Source: Tubiluchus corallicola (lineage: Eukaryota > Animalia > Priapulida). Taken from it: a stretch of DNA of 64,000 bases. Positions 47,895 through 60,913 of this stretch are shown here, in pieces. The stretch spans positions 558,001 to 622,000 of the forward strand of contig JAQGDQ010000091.1 in assembly GCA_030141605.1 (NCBI GenBank). Reading direction: 5' to 3'. Under the pieces are notes generated by a model. The model saw only the letters and a list, made by a program, of their open reading frames with translations. It was not told the origin of the DNA and ran no database searches. A program made the translations under genes and the position numbers. Positions within the stretch are counted from its first letter, which is position 1; the number at the start of each line of letters is the position of its first letter.

Positions 47895-49220
47895 TATCGG
47901 GTTGCGCAGAAAAAATGTGACAGGTTTAGACTACAATAATATTAGAAAAATCTGCCTATAAATTTGAATTCAACGATGTGATGTTACAATGCATTAGCTT
48001 TTGGCTGTGAAAGGTATAAGTTTATAGTTTTTTGCAGTTTTTAAGTTATAACCAAAAAACTTTTGTATGTTAAAAATTTCAATGCCACAATGTCAGCGAT
48101 TCATCAGTAATTTGAAAAACAGACGCTTTGACCTACGAAGCGCTCAATACGTGGCAGCAAAGCAATAAAATAATCAACCAGCCTTCACCACAGAAAAAAA
48201 GTAATGTATTAATAATGTTTTAAAGAAAAAAATAGACATTAATCCTCTGGGTTACGGTACCTGGAATTCTTTCAAAGGAAAAACCGAACAACATTCATTC
48301 ATTGTATTTAAATATACAGTTAAAAATATTGAAATTACTACATAACATACACGCATAAAATGTCTTGCTTAAAAATACAAAAGAAATTTAAATCATTGGT
48401 ATCTCCCGCCAAACGAACCTCGGTGCGGACATATTTGAAAAAAAATTGGGACTATGACACGCGTAACAAAGTATTTGCACTTCGCTCAGAAGTTCCGCTA
48501 TTTTAGCTGACTGAATCTTTGTGGTTAACTGTGTTTATATAAAAATTAGTTGGCGGATCAATTTCCAATAATTTAGTGCTCACATAGCTTTAATCCACAG
48601 GGTTATACCTCAAAATACGTAAGTGCTAGTACCAAACAGATAGGCATGGAATTCTACGAGGTTGCGAGCATACAGAAAGTGCGGGGCGGTGTACTTAGCT
48701 TATAAAGTTTAATTTTGGCTTCTTAAAATAATTGTTCTGTTACTTTGTCGTCGTTAATAGGAGTTGGACTATTATTATTATCGACAATAACTAAGCTCAC
48801 ATTCCCGAGAGACTTGGCTTTTGCTAGTTACCTAAAGATAAAGGGTACGATGGACGGCCGTGCAGAAACGTTTGATGCAAATGAACTAAAGGCAAAAAAT
48901 GAATGCTGGGGCTAAATACTCTTTAAAAAGGGAGAAAATGTACCAGTTGTTTCTGATGAAACACCTTCGTCCATTTTGAGAAGAAAATGCACTTAGAGCA
49001 CTTACTGTAAATTTTAACAATAGTGACAAAAAATTGTTTCCGGCATTTATTTTTTTTTTGGCGTGTCAAATTGAAACTTTTGTATCTTTAAAAAAAAGCT
49101 AAGGAAATAACCCAAAATAACCCAAAAGAGTCTGTAACATCAGTGTGGTAATTTTCAAGAGATTTTCATTTTACAATATCATGATCAAAACTTCGGCACA
49201 TTTTGTGCGCCACATACGAT
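47895..49220 (+). mobile_element. Highly decayed Tc1/mariner-family transposon (maT/rosa-like)
   Basis: Eroded TIRs ATCGGGTTGCGCAGAAAAAATGTGAC and GGCACATTTTGTGCGCCACATACGAT about 1.3 kb apart; internal remnants LTFPRDLAFASYLKIK...ELKAK (about 48796-48898) and HFE (about 48972) resemble DLTPxDFFLWGYLKxKVY...ELK and GGHFE. Confidence 0.45.
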
Positions 49221-52200
49221 CTTGTTACACTCGTTTTTAATTTGCTCGATTTATTGACACTCTAGAAATTTTCTACTGTATCACTAGTGATCGATTTTTA
49301 TTTACTTAGCAACCGTTTTAAAACAGATGAAGCCAATTGTGCACAGCAAAAACGACACTGGTAACAATGGCACAGGTGATAGTGGCACATAAACACGTCA
49401 CATGAAGAAGAGAAACAAACGAAAAAAATGTGAAAAAATGGCGCATTTACCGTGGCATTACTATTTGTATTTGAAGCAAAAAATGCGAGAAATGCTACGC
49501 ACGTGCAAAGCGATCTTTTTGAAAACTTGTCAAATACAGCACAAGGCAAGATACAATAACTCTAGCTATATGTATGTTTTACTAATGCTATAGTAAGACT
49601 ATAAGTTGATATTGTTAGTTATTACAGTTGCAATAACGTATTTCCCGAAATGAACGAACTTAAGAAAAGAAGCAAGGCGGCAAAACAAGACAGTTTCTGT
49701 CATTTTGTCTGAACATGTTTCCTTGACTTAATCAGTCCAAAAATGGTTTCTGAAAACTATTAGTTTTATGGATAGTCACTAGTCAGCTATTAAAAATGAT
49801 AATTTTTCTCTTTATTCAGTTTATAGGCATGCGGAAGCATCACTAAAAAGTGTTCTATAGACGCTATTAAAGAGGCTAATATGGAAATGGATATCTTTAA
49901 GTTCCACGACTTTAAGCAATCGCTCTATGAATATTTGCTGTTACTATAGTTACGCGCAGAGCAATATTTTGTAAATCAGAACTATTAATACTGTTACCAG
50001 TTTTCCACGCTAGACGTCGCACTCGTGTCAATTTGCACTGCATTCTTCAGTGTGCATTATATAGATATCAAGCCCCAAACATATAATCATGTAATATTGC
50101 ACAGTAGTAGTTATTATAAAGGGAACACTGGAAAGAGTTACCATCCCAGTTTTTCCGAGCTTTCTGTGTAATCTTATTTTCATAAGCTCCTAAATTTTGT
50201 CACTGTTTTTAAATTATACATTCTCCTGCAGATGGCATTACACAGTTGCAACTTAACTTAAAACTAGTCTGGCAACTTAACTTGTAAACTGCAGCTAACT
50301 TGCGAGTGGTGCCCGTTCACAAAATCCAGAGTTATATATGAACCAGAATCCAAAAACCACACTTTGCTGATTACCAAATAACATGACAGAAAAGACGCCA
50401 TCTAATAAACCTGATTATTTTTACGTAATTTTAATACGTAGTGGCCTATTAAATGTTATAATAATTCAGCGGCTGTCTCCCATTCATGCATGAACGAATT
50501 ATGGTGACTGATTTTTATCATCTTATTGATTTTACAAATTAGACAAGAACAAATGTTGGATATTCCAGAATAAAAAGTATCATTGTTAGTAAAAGTTAAA
50601 TATGACTGTCAGCAGTGGTAAAAAGTCAGCTAGCGGAATGTTTCTTTCTTTTAAAACGTTGCAATAGTGAACTGTCAAAAGCAGCTGAGTGCTCATTGTA
50701 TAAATCGAATAGCATCTTGTCACATGACAGATTTAGCGCTCAGTCTTACATTATACAGTTAATCATTCTCAAAATTACGCTGGATAATTATTACAACAAA
50801 ATCACAATTAATGAGCCGTAAAGCTTTGATGACTGGATTTTTTCTTAATTTATTAGAATTGTCTTGAAGAAACTCTGGTAAAATTGCCTAAAACTTGTTC
50901 CATGGTTGCAATATAAAAACTTCCTTGGTATGTGACTGCTTCACTATTTTTAAAATGAAATGCACTTTACTATGTTAAAGTAGATGTCTGATTGCTTTGC
51001 AGATTGGTGGAAGTATCTAAAGTCATTGTACGTAGTTGCCTTAAAAATAGAATTTTATTTATTTCAGAAAAATTGAAAATATGCAGTAAAAATGCCTGAA
51101 GTGAAAAGGCGAAACATTCAGTTCATACTGCGTGTTAATTGTTAACAATAACAAAATTTGTTAATAACAACAACATGTTAATCAGTTCTTCGTTAACGTA
51201 TTTGTATATAAAATAAATGCAATAGATTTATGAGACAATATTGTACTTGTGCTATCTGGTATCTTCATAAAAAGCGGTTTTTATACACTTACTAAATTGC
51301 TTACATAAAATAAAAACAGCAATGGTTCAAAAACGGAGACCATGTGACTATGCTAGCAATATCCAGTTTTTATTCTTCATTGTCTAAATGCTTACAGTTA
51401 TTCAAGGGGAATCTTTTCTTTTTAAATTTATTTTTTTCTTGTATATATAACTATTTTTGGTAACTCATAGTCAGTATTACACTATAAGCTGCCATGGCAA
51501 TATAGCCGGTATTACAACTGAGTATTCAGCTGAACAACTACATTTCTTTCAGCAGCCTCGTTTTATCAAATTCTGTTCGGTAGTTCCTTGGGGATTTATA
51601 CGTTGTTTGACATTTTGTTAGGATCTATTTATTATTATTAATGTGTCCTGCTGCATGGTTGCATGGAAAGGCAGCACTTAACGACAGTAAACTCAAAGAG
51701 CGGAAATCCCAAGACTTCCAGTGTTTGCTATACAGCTGGTCATGGGAAAAACACTGGATAAGCAGCCACGAAGAAAATGAGCTGTTTTTGTCTTCGGTGC
51801 AGGTTTTCAAACAATTACGTATCTATATCTTTCTATGCATTAATACCTAGTTATTTCCTCAGAGACTATTCTGCGCAACAAGTATTTTATATCTTCCTTT
51901 GAACCTGTGTTGTTAATCACCAACCAACTAAGCAAGAAAATGGTTATCATCTTCTAGTTTCTTTGTTTGGTAATTTGTAGAAAGCAATCATTCTCAATTT
52001 CACAGCTCAATAGAAAAATAGTAATAGTTGTTGGCATTCATTACTTTGGGAGTTGGCGCGCAAATTGTCCTGCCATTAAGTATTACTGTTGATTAAGTTC
52101 ACATAACAGTTTTGTATAGGCCCTGTACACATCGTCGTCGTCATCGAATAAGTTAAGACTGGCCAAATTTGGTTCCACAGAAATGATAAAAAATCTTGAT

Positions 52201-55200
52201 CCCACAAAGGTTGTTAATTGCAAATTGGTTGCTAAATATTTTACGCCATTGTTTACTATCTTGCTACAGTTTGCGGTGTTATTAACGTTAAGTTGTAAAA
52301 CTAACGAAAATGCCTAGTAAAGTCAATGAGTGCAAAAAGATTTAATAAATGCCTAGATTTGAGAGACGATATATCGTGGGATATAATGGAGTACAATGAG
52401 GTTACATTGTTTCTGAGCTTTGGCACTGATGATTTCAAGCAAATGTGTAACATTTTTGTTGGAGGATTGCAATATTTGGCAATTTTCACACTGTTTTGTG
52501 GAGCAAACAAGCATTGCGGTGCTGCTAAAACATTTGAAGAACATACGTTTTTAGAATTTATGATAGGCTAAATACTAGATCATTTTTGGAAAACTTTAGC
52601 AAAGCAACGTAGTAAATTTGACACTGCACTGCTTAGCAGAGTGTTACAGCATGCTAAGGAACCCAAGAAACTGCTTTCAGCCTTTCACACAACTTCACAG
52701 AAACGCTGCCAAAAATTAAACGATCGCATTTCAAAGAATGTTTGTTCTAATAAACTGTGAGCAAAAAACTAATTCTTCTCAATCGCAGCGTTAGCATACT
52801 AGATATATTTGGATTGGCTGTAAATCGATTCCTAGCTCTTCGCCTGAAATGGCATTAGAAAACAAAAGTCTGTATTTTGTGTCTTCGCGTCGAAATTTTC
52901 TAGATGTTCAGGCAATCAATGCTGGGACTATCCGCCGACGGATGATGTTTAAATTTCTCGTTCTTTCAAGCGTTTATTCATTCTCTCATTAATTCACTAT
53001 GTTTGAATGACTTTATGATAGACTAATGATAGATAATCGGTGGCTTGGTTGTCCTGGTTCTATATTCAAGCAAGATAGAAAGGCATTAGAGATTAGAGAT
53101 TAGGCATTAAAGAGAAGCAAACAACGAAACAAAAAAGACCAAAAGCGAAGGAATGAGAGACTTAAGAAAATAAAAAAGAAATCGGCCAATGAAAAATGAT
53201 GAGTGATATGGTATCAAAAATACTTAGTTGCGTAAAGTTTTTATATTTTCACTGGTGTAGTGAGCTTTTTAAAATTGTCACATTGAAATTTCTCACTTTT
53301 CAGCTAGAAGCTGCAACATGTTTTTTGCTTATCTTAAACGGGCCAACTTGTTTCAAGCAGCGCTTTTGCTTTCTATGTGAAAAGTTTTGGGTACGATGCC
53401 GCAGAGCGTTTTACACTAAAAGTGAAGAAAATGCTACGCGCTGTTTTTCTGTTAACAGAAGAGCACAACAACATAATAATATACCGTTCACACTTTCACA
53501 TTTTATCCAAATCGTAGATCACTGGATGGGCGAGAGACTGGGAGTAATTTGGGGTAGCGCTGCACAGTTTCAACAAATATTTTCGCCCGAGTCGTTGCCT
53601 TTTTTAAACTGTTCAAAACTTGAAATTCAACGTTTTTAAAAGTAAATGTAATGTAGTCGTCCTAACATTCGTCACATAGGTAAATATAGATAATTGTTTT
53701 ATCAGTTCGATTTAGTCAAAAGAGAACGTATCTCGTTCAGCAAACCTGTAACCGCTCTAACGGCTGCCATTCCTTTGAGAAATAAAAACAACCTTGTTTA
53801 TTCTCAACATGGAGTACACACAAGGACTCTTACGTTCTTGTTATTGGTGCCTTTGTAATTAGTTTCGATGAGACACTTCTTAATTCTTGGCAATTTTTAA
53901 ATAAAGAGCTGCCTGACCCGACTTGATCGGTCAGTGTTCAAAGTCACATACAGCTTTCATATACGAACGTTATGATCAAGTCATTCTATACGTATTATGT
54001 AGACATCATTTTTCGCCCTGCTTGCTGCGAAAATTGGTTTTTGATTGAGTATATCACACGAAAATTGCACAATTTGTGCGAAACGAAACGATAAATATGT
54101 ATAAACATTTGTAAGGTTAAGATAATAATTTGCTTTTTATCAAAATTTCAGCTAGAAAGTGTATATCTTTTTATACCGTTTGGCACAATGCAGTATTCTG
54201 TCAGTATCTAATTATACGCGCTGGCTGAGATCCAGCGCTCAACGTCAAGGCATGCTCAACGTGGATGACTATGGCAGAACCGGAATCTATTTCATTATCA
54301 CGCATAATTCTTAACGTGAGACACTGGACCGGTAAAGACGCTTCAGCAACATTCTGACGAAAAGGCCCTTTCCAACGCGGTAAACACACACTGGCCGCCA
54401 TACAGTATGAGTATTGAACCCAGCGGTCAAATATCCATTTATTTTCTGGTTCAGCATAAATCTGTATAAATCTGAGCCCCAGTAACTACTCGGCTAATAA
54501 CAAGCCGTAATAGCAACCATTGAAAAATATACGATTAAGAAATTTAATAAAAAAGAAATTCATTAACCACTTTTATTTCAGAGTTGTGAAACGAATTATG
54601 TCGCTACATGGGTGGTGCTGGTGATTTTTTTTACGAAATTCAAATTGAATGAAATGCACGTTTTGCCAGGTGCATTTCGTGAGTCATATATTCACCAATT
54701 CTATGTTTCGCTCCTCTTTAGCGCATTTAGCTAGTACAGTATTTTAGTCAAAATGGGCGAAAATGCCGAAAATGAGGTTTTTTGCTTCCACGCTGAAGCC
54801 CGATATTCGCAAAATCATCATCAACAATAAGCAGATGAATATAGATAAATATTTCCTTTGATGTGCGAGTTTTCCAGATTGATGAAACTGTTCAAGCTTT
54901 AACTGAACAGCTCTGTATTAGGCCTACACAGAGCCACATACCAGCAGAATTATTATACAGTATTATAGAAATTAATATATGACTTGAATTCGCATTAGTA
55001 GCTGAAATTAAAAATCTCGTCTCTATATGACATACTAAAAAGCATGATGATAGCTGGGACGTATTGAAGCCATAAAATAATTTTTGACATAGCACTACAT
55101 TTTTCTTGCAATAAGATTTCATAATCCAACAAACACAGTCTACTTATTGTTTAATCTAATAAGTGTCACGAGACACTCTGTTATAAATTAACCATTTTGG

Positions 55201-58200
55201 CCTATTGACTGAAATCGCTTACGGTGTAATTCCGTACGCCACGTGGCAATCGAAGCGTACTGATTATTAAATTATGGCGCTAAAATTGGCATTGATTGGT
55301 CGAGAAAATCAGGGTGCTTCATCATGTAGCTTACACGCATGAAGCAAGATCGTATAGCATGGTTAATTAAACGATGGCATGAGATCGATCAAGTTTTATT
55401 GTAACAAATTTTCGCTGTATATGCGAGGCACGATAATTACATGCTGTATAGCAGTTTAAGCGTCGCATATTTGCGTAAAATTAATGTCTGCGTAAACAGG
55501 GAAATTATTGCTATTCAGATTTAATTTCTTCGCATCCTCAGGCGTGACTTAAGATACAGAAATAGCTAATGCTAGTATACGCGGCCTTTCTGACATTACC
55601 CAAAAATCATTGAAACCCGTTACAGTCAGTTTTTGAAATCATATCTTATTCTTGATATTTCTAAAGCTGAATAATTTTTACTCGGGCCTTTTATCTGTGT
55701 TCTTCTTTATCAGAAATTAATTTTACTGTTAATCACAAACTCACCTGCTTCAACGCAAATTTTGAAAATTCTATTTTTCTGAACATGTACTCATATTTTC
55801 GCTTCCCCATTGCAGCTCGGTATCTCGGGTGGCCACTTTTCCTGTTTGCAGTGACTGGTATAAAAAACTGCAGGAAGGCAATCCATAACATATTACAGAG
55901 CTTTGTCTCATCGCTTATCACGCATATGAGGACCAGCCTTAATTGTATCTTGTGTAAAGATTGCATTTTCTTAGCGAGGAACTAAGATTTATAGGTAGCT
56001 TTATTCATTTAATTTACGCTCAGTGCATGTGGCTCCAAAAATGGACAAAGTATGGAGACTTTTAGATTAAAACTGAAAAAAGTTAAAAATGCACAGTCAG
56101 TGTTTGGTCTATTTTTAAAAATCTTTAGTCTGAAAGTTTGATGATGCATTTAGTCTGAAAGTTTGAGGCGCCATTCATGATACAATGAACTGTGAGTGAC
56201 TCTGGAGCAAAACTTCCTGTGGCTGCTTCAGGTATCCTACGCATTTTTCGCTTCTTCAAATTGAAAAGCGGATTAATGCGTTGATGTGAAAGTTGTCACT
56301 AAATAAATAATATGCACTAAGGACGAAAAGTACTTCAAACTGGAAAAAGTGCTTTCAGCCTTTTACGATATTTCACACAGAGCCTTAAATACCAGTAGCT
56401 ATTCCCATTAATTAAATCTGATAAGGCAGAGAAGACTGTCAAAACCAATGTACACGATGCCATTATTGCAACGTGACGGCTTCTGGCAAGAGCAGCCAGA
56501 AGAACTATTCGTTTTTCACAACTTTCAGGTTATGCTGATTATTAACCTGAAGGAAGCCCAGCTAAAAATCTCCACGGAAATTCTTGTATTGCTGCCCTGA
56601 AATTCATCTCGTGACATGATCAGTTTTGTAAACGACTTTTGCTCGTCATGTAAGGTTCAGACACTTTTCTGTCTTCCTTTTATCCACAAAATAGGTAATT
56701 ATTTTTCTTGCATTATCGAGTTGTTTTGTAAAATGCCAGTAATGCAATATAATGAAAGTGTTTAGCGCTATTTTTCAAGACGATTATTTGTTCGATGTTC
56801 GAAATGCCCTGAAAGATTAGCTTCCTACATTTGTAATCCTTGCATTATCGATTTGAAACTAACCTATAAATTTTTTTATCGGTTTATCCACTTAAATTTT
56901 GACGATTTTTTTACTCTGGCGTCATGTCCAGGATCAATAAGAAGGCATATTTCTCCAACTTTTTACTAGGTTTTCAAGATTAATTTTTTTTAAATTGTCA
57001 TTTGTTAATCGCGTTGTTCCTATTTTGAATGTTCTACTTGCTGTTCAAAATTTTTAAAATTTGCATTCTGTCACACAAACTTTCTTAATTAGTTTATCAG
57101 CCGTTCCCACTCACTAATTTATCTTTGTGTCCTCCACAAGCGCCCTCGGTATGATGGATTTTTCCCCATCTATATGTAATTGAATGAATTTAGCGTAACT
57201 TGTATTTACTATTTGTTATAGTGATAATATTAATATAAGCAAATTTACACAAAGGGCTACAAAACATTTTACTGGAGTGAAATTGTCCAAAAAAACTTTG
57301 ACTTTGTTGATTTTATTTACCATAATTCCTGAAAATGACTTCCTAAAGTGACCCAATTGTTTCCAAAACCAATAAATTGGAAGCTCGCTGAGAAGCAGTA
57401 TCACGCCGAATAACTAAAGTAGTACAATTGCAAAGTTTAGGCTGAGCAGTGAGACAATACTAAATAACTTATAACTTTATCAGACCACGGCGGAAAAATT
57501 ACACAGTATAGAAATATACTATGCCTGTTTTGGGCTCTATATTTTAGCCAAAATTATTTCTGTAGCAGAGCAGTCAAGTATACGCAAGGTAGCTGAAAGA
57601 ACTATTAGCTGGTGTGTATTTTAAAATGTCTATATTTCAGTATTTTTCTTTGGCTGTAACTTAAACTAGTTGCTGAATATTCGATTGCAAGTTACTGTGA
57701 AATACGTAATGATCGGTAAATCAGGGCTTATGATAATGTTGCTAACCATGATTAAATCCAAAACGTATTCACAAGCAGAACTTTTGGCAACGCAATGTTA
57801 AAAACTGAAACACTATGTGGAAAAACGCGCATTTTTGGCATTTCTTGTTTCTCGCACACTGCGCCTCAGTACCCAATTCTCAATGCAATAAACCACAACT
57901 AACTCAGCACACGCGACGAAGAACACCAGAATTGCACTTTTGCTCGCGAACTATGTATCAAGTTTACGCAATACAGAACGCATGAATACGCAGAATGGGA
58001 TTCAGAAATCTATGATAGTCACTGAGGAAATGAGCTTTTCTATTAAGCATTGAAAGGATTCCGAAAACCGAATGTTCATGTGTAAACTGACGGTTTTGCA
58101 GTTTCACGTCCCCGTGCTATGCATAATCAAGGCGTCTTGCATGATTAGAGCCAAGCTTATAGAAATTCTTCCCATTCCAATCAAGTAAATATACTGCCTT

Positions 58201-58669
58201 CCACGGAGTTTATTTGCCTTAGCCAAGTGCCTCATCACATACATGGCGGCGGATTTCAATGCGTACAGCTGTTAGCAAAATTTGATTGCAGTAAAGCGGA
58301 AACTTGTTGATCAAAGTTTTTGAAGTTCGGTATCTTTTTTGACACTGTGCTTTCTCATTTTGAACAGATTTTAATAGGGAGGTCTAAAATAATGTTTTTA
58401 TTCCTTTAAGTTGTATGAATATCCGCAGCATTTTAATCATGGTACACATATAGATTCACAGCCATTTAATTGCAGCATATTAGTGGTCCTTAATTGTTTT
58501 AATTTTAAAGAGGAATAGGAGCCAGCTTTAAACTATAGCTCAAAATAATCTAATGTATAAAATACTGAAGAAGAACATATTGTTTTGTAAGAGTGACGTA
58601 CGTGAAAGAATTATTACTATGGAAGTTAGTCTGTTACATGTATTTCGGCATTCGCTATCTAGTGTCTAC

Positions 58670-60913
58670 ATCTTGGAAGCGCCCTGCACGAAAAAACAGA
58701 TGATGTATCTCTCAATTCGTTTCTGACGTGGTGAAATCGCATGGTGACACAGCGGTAAACTTAAACTTAAAATTTAAATTTAAACGTAAATTTGCCCAGT
58801 TTTTGTCTATCACAGTCAATATGTACAGTGGGCTGTATTTCAATTTTCGCTTATACAAACACGTACAACACGGTCGTGGAACGTTTGTGCCGAGGATATT
58901 AGCCTTTCGCACTGGAAGAAGTACAAAAAGTCATTGCAGCACAAAAACCTAGCAAAAGTGTCTAATGGCGTCCAGACGTCTCTTTTCCAATATTTGAGCA
59001 TGGATTGATAATGCTATTAGCTCATCTGTTAAATTCGGTGCTAATGAATAGTGATTTTCCTTTAGCATGGTGCATGATTAAGTTTGTTGTTCTCGTTAAA
59101 AAAGGTTGTGCAGTTGTATGCGAAAATTATGGAGGTATCAGTATAATTCAAGGATGTTTTAAACTGTATGACTCTTTAATAAATGAGCGGTTAAAGTTAT
59201 GAATAAATCCTGAATCCGAACAAGCAGGTGGCCATTCAGGAAGGGATTGCGTTGAACAAATCCCAACCTTGCGACTTTTAATTGATGCTGCGCTTAAGAA
59301 GAAACGTAAACTACTTATTTTGTTGGTGTATTTCGAAAGGGCCTTTGATCGTGTTGATCGTCGGACGTTATTACAAGTGTTGAAACGACACGGATGTGGG
59401 CGTGTTATGTTACGCGCCAGTGCTCGTATTTACAACACTACGAAAAGTGTCCTAGGGAATATATTTTTAGTACAATTGCGGCGTAAAACAATAATCACCG
59501 AGCACCAAGCTTATTTTCCTGTTTGTATGTGTATCCGTTAGACAGATTTATAAAATCTCTTGATGCTGATAACTCGTTGCAAGATCTCCATAGCTTATTA
59601 CTAGTGGATGACTCCGCTATTTTTGTTAGTCACAATGAGATTTTTATACAAAAAAATCAGATGTCTAACACGATTCTGCTTTGACTGTGGAATGAACATG
59701 AACCTTTTAAAACGAGATTCATTGTCATAGGTGAAAGCGAGGATGACAGACACTCAATAACTATACGTGATTATGTGATAGAAAATACAACTGCGTGTAC
59801 GTACTTAGGTGTAGCAACAACGGAGGATGCGAGAATGAAGTCAATTGCTTCCAAGCACATTGAAAATAAGAATGTTGTCATTCTTAAATTTCATGCTTTT
59901 GTACATAAGAACAGTGACAGTCGTATTGTATTAAGAAAAAAGTATTAGATAAGCTTCTTATAGCTGATGTGTTTTACAGTTCAGATAGTTGGAACACCAA
60001 TCTGCAAAGTATTTTGCCCAACACAACTTATATGGAACTCCTTAAGTCATTATTTTTAGTCAGACGTTCATCGTGCAATGATTTTGTGTTTCTTGAGACT
60101 GGATATCCGTCTTTCACTACGCGAATATGAGTGAAACGTGGGTGAAATGTAGACAAATGAAAATGTGTCCAAAAAGACTAGCCAATCCAGAAAATCATTA
60201 GCCGTCATCACTTCAAGCATATGAGATAGCAAAACCCTGCAACAGTGATTTGTATAAATGTTTGAATGGACTGTCTAGAATCAGTGTAAGTGAGTACTAT
60301 AAGCCCGCAACAATCTCTGTTGGCAGATACAGTAAGAAACAGTAACTCAACTAAACGAGAGACATATAAAGAGTTCAACTCATGCTTAATAGCACCCGTT
60401 ATTCCGGATTCAGTACATCAGATGTACTGTACTGCCTATACGCGATTGAGACACCAGGCGCACTATTTAAAAGTTGAAACTGATAGATAGCGTAACGTAG
60501 ATAGAAGACTGAGAAGTCCAAACTGAAAAGCACGTTTTGATAGACTGTCATTTAACAGCTGAAACTAGAAGAATATTTAGCAATGTCGAAATTACATGCT
60601 AAACGCCAATTATGAATAGAATTTTTGTATTTGGGATCTGTTTTAACATTTTAAAAACTTATAAAATACACTAAATTTTGCAAGTAGTATAATGAAGTGT
60701 TATAGTTCTATGAATTTAGCCATTATCATTTTTCTACTGATACTAAATGAAAATTTGTTATTGTGAACTTTTTTAACATTTCCCCTCTACAATGTGTTGT
60801 TTTCTGAAAAGTAGAAAATTTTGGGCGATGAAATGTTTCAATTCTGCTGTCCCTGCCAAAGAATGTAAATATTAACTTGATGGTAATAGACTACTACTAC
60901 TACTACTTACTAC
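58670..60913 (+). mobile_element. 5'-truncated, decayed non-LTR retrotransposon (Proto2-like ORF2 RT region plus 3' tail)
   Basis: KKG...CENYGGISI, PESEQAGGHSGRDCVEQIPTLRLLID, LLVYFERAFDRVDR..L..LKRHGCGRVML, LHSLLLVDD (catalytic), YLGV, C-terminal YTRLRHQAHYLKVETDR; ends with AATAGA followed by (CTA)n at 60891-60913. Many stops and frameshifts. The clade call rests on recalled motifs. Confidence 0.85.

Noticed and set aside
57990-58120. Possible hAT dimerisation-domain remnant (EMSFS...NRM...KL)
   Set aside because: Too degenerate, and no TIR or TSD located.
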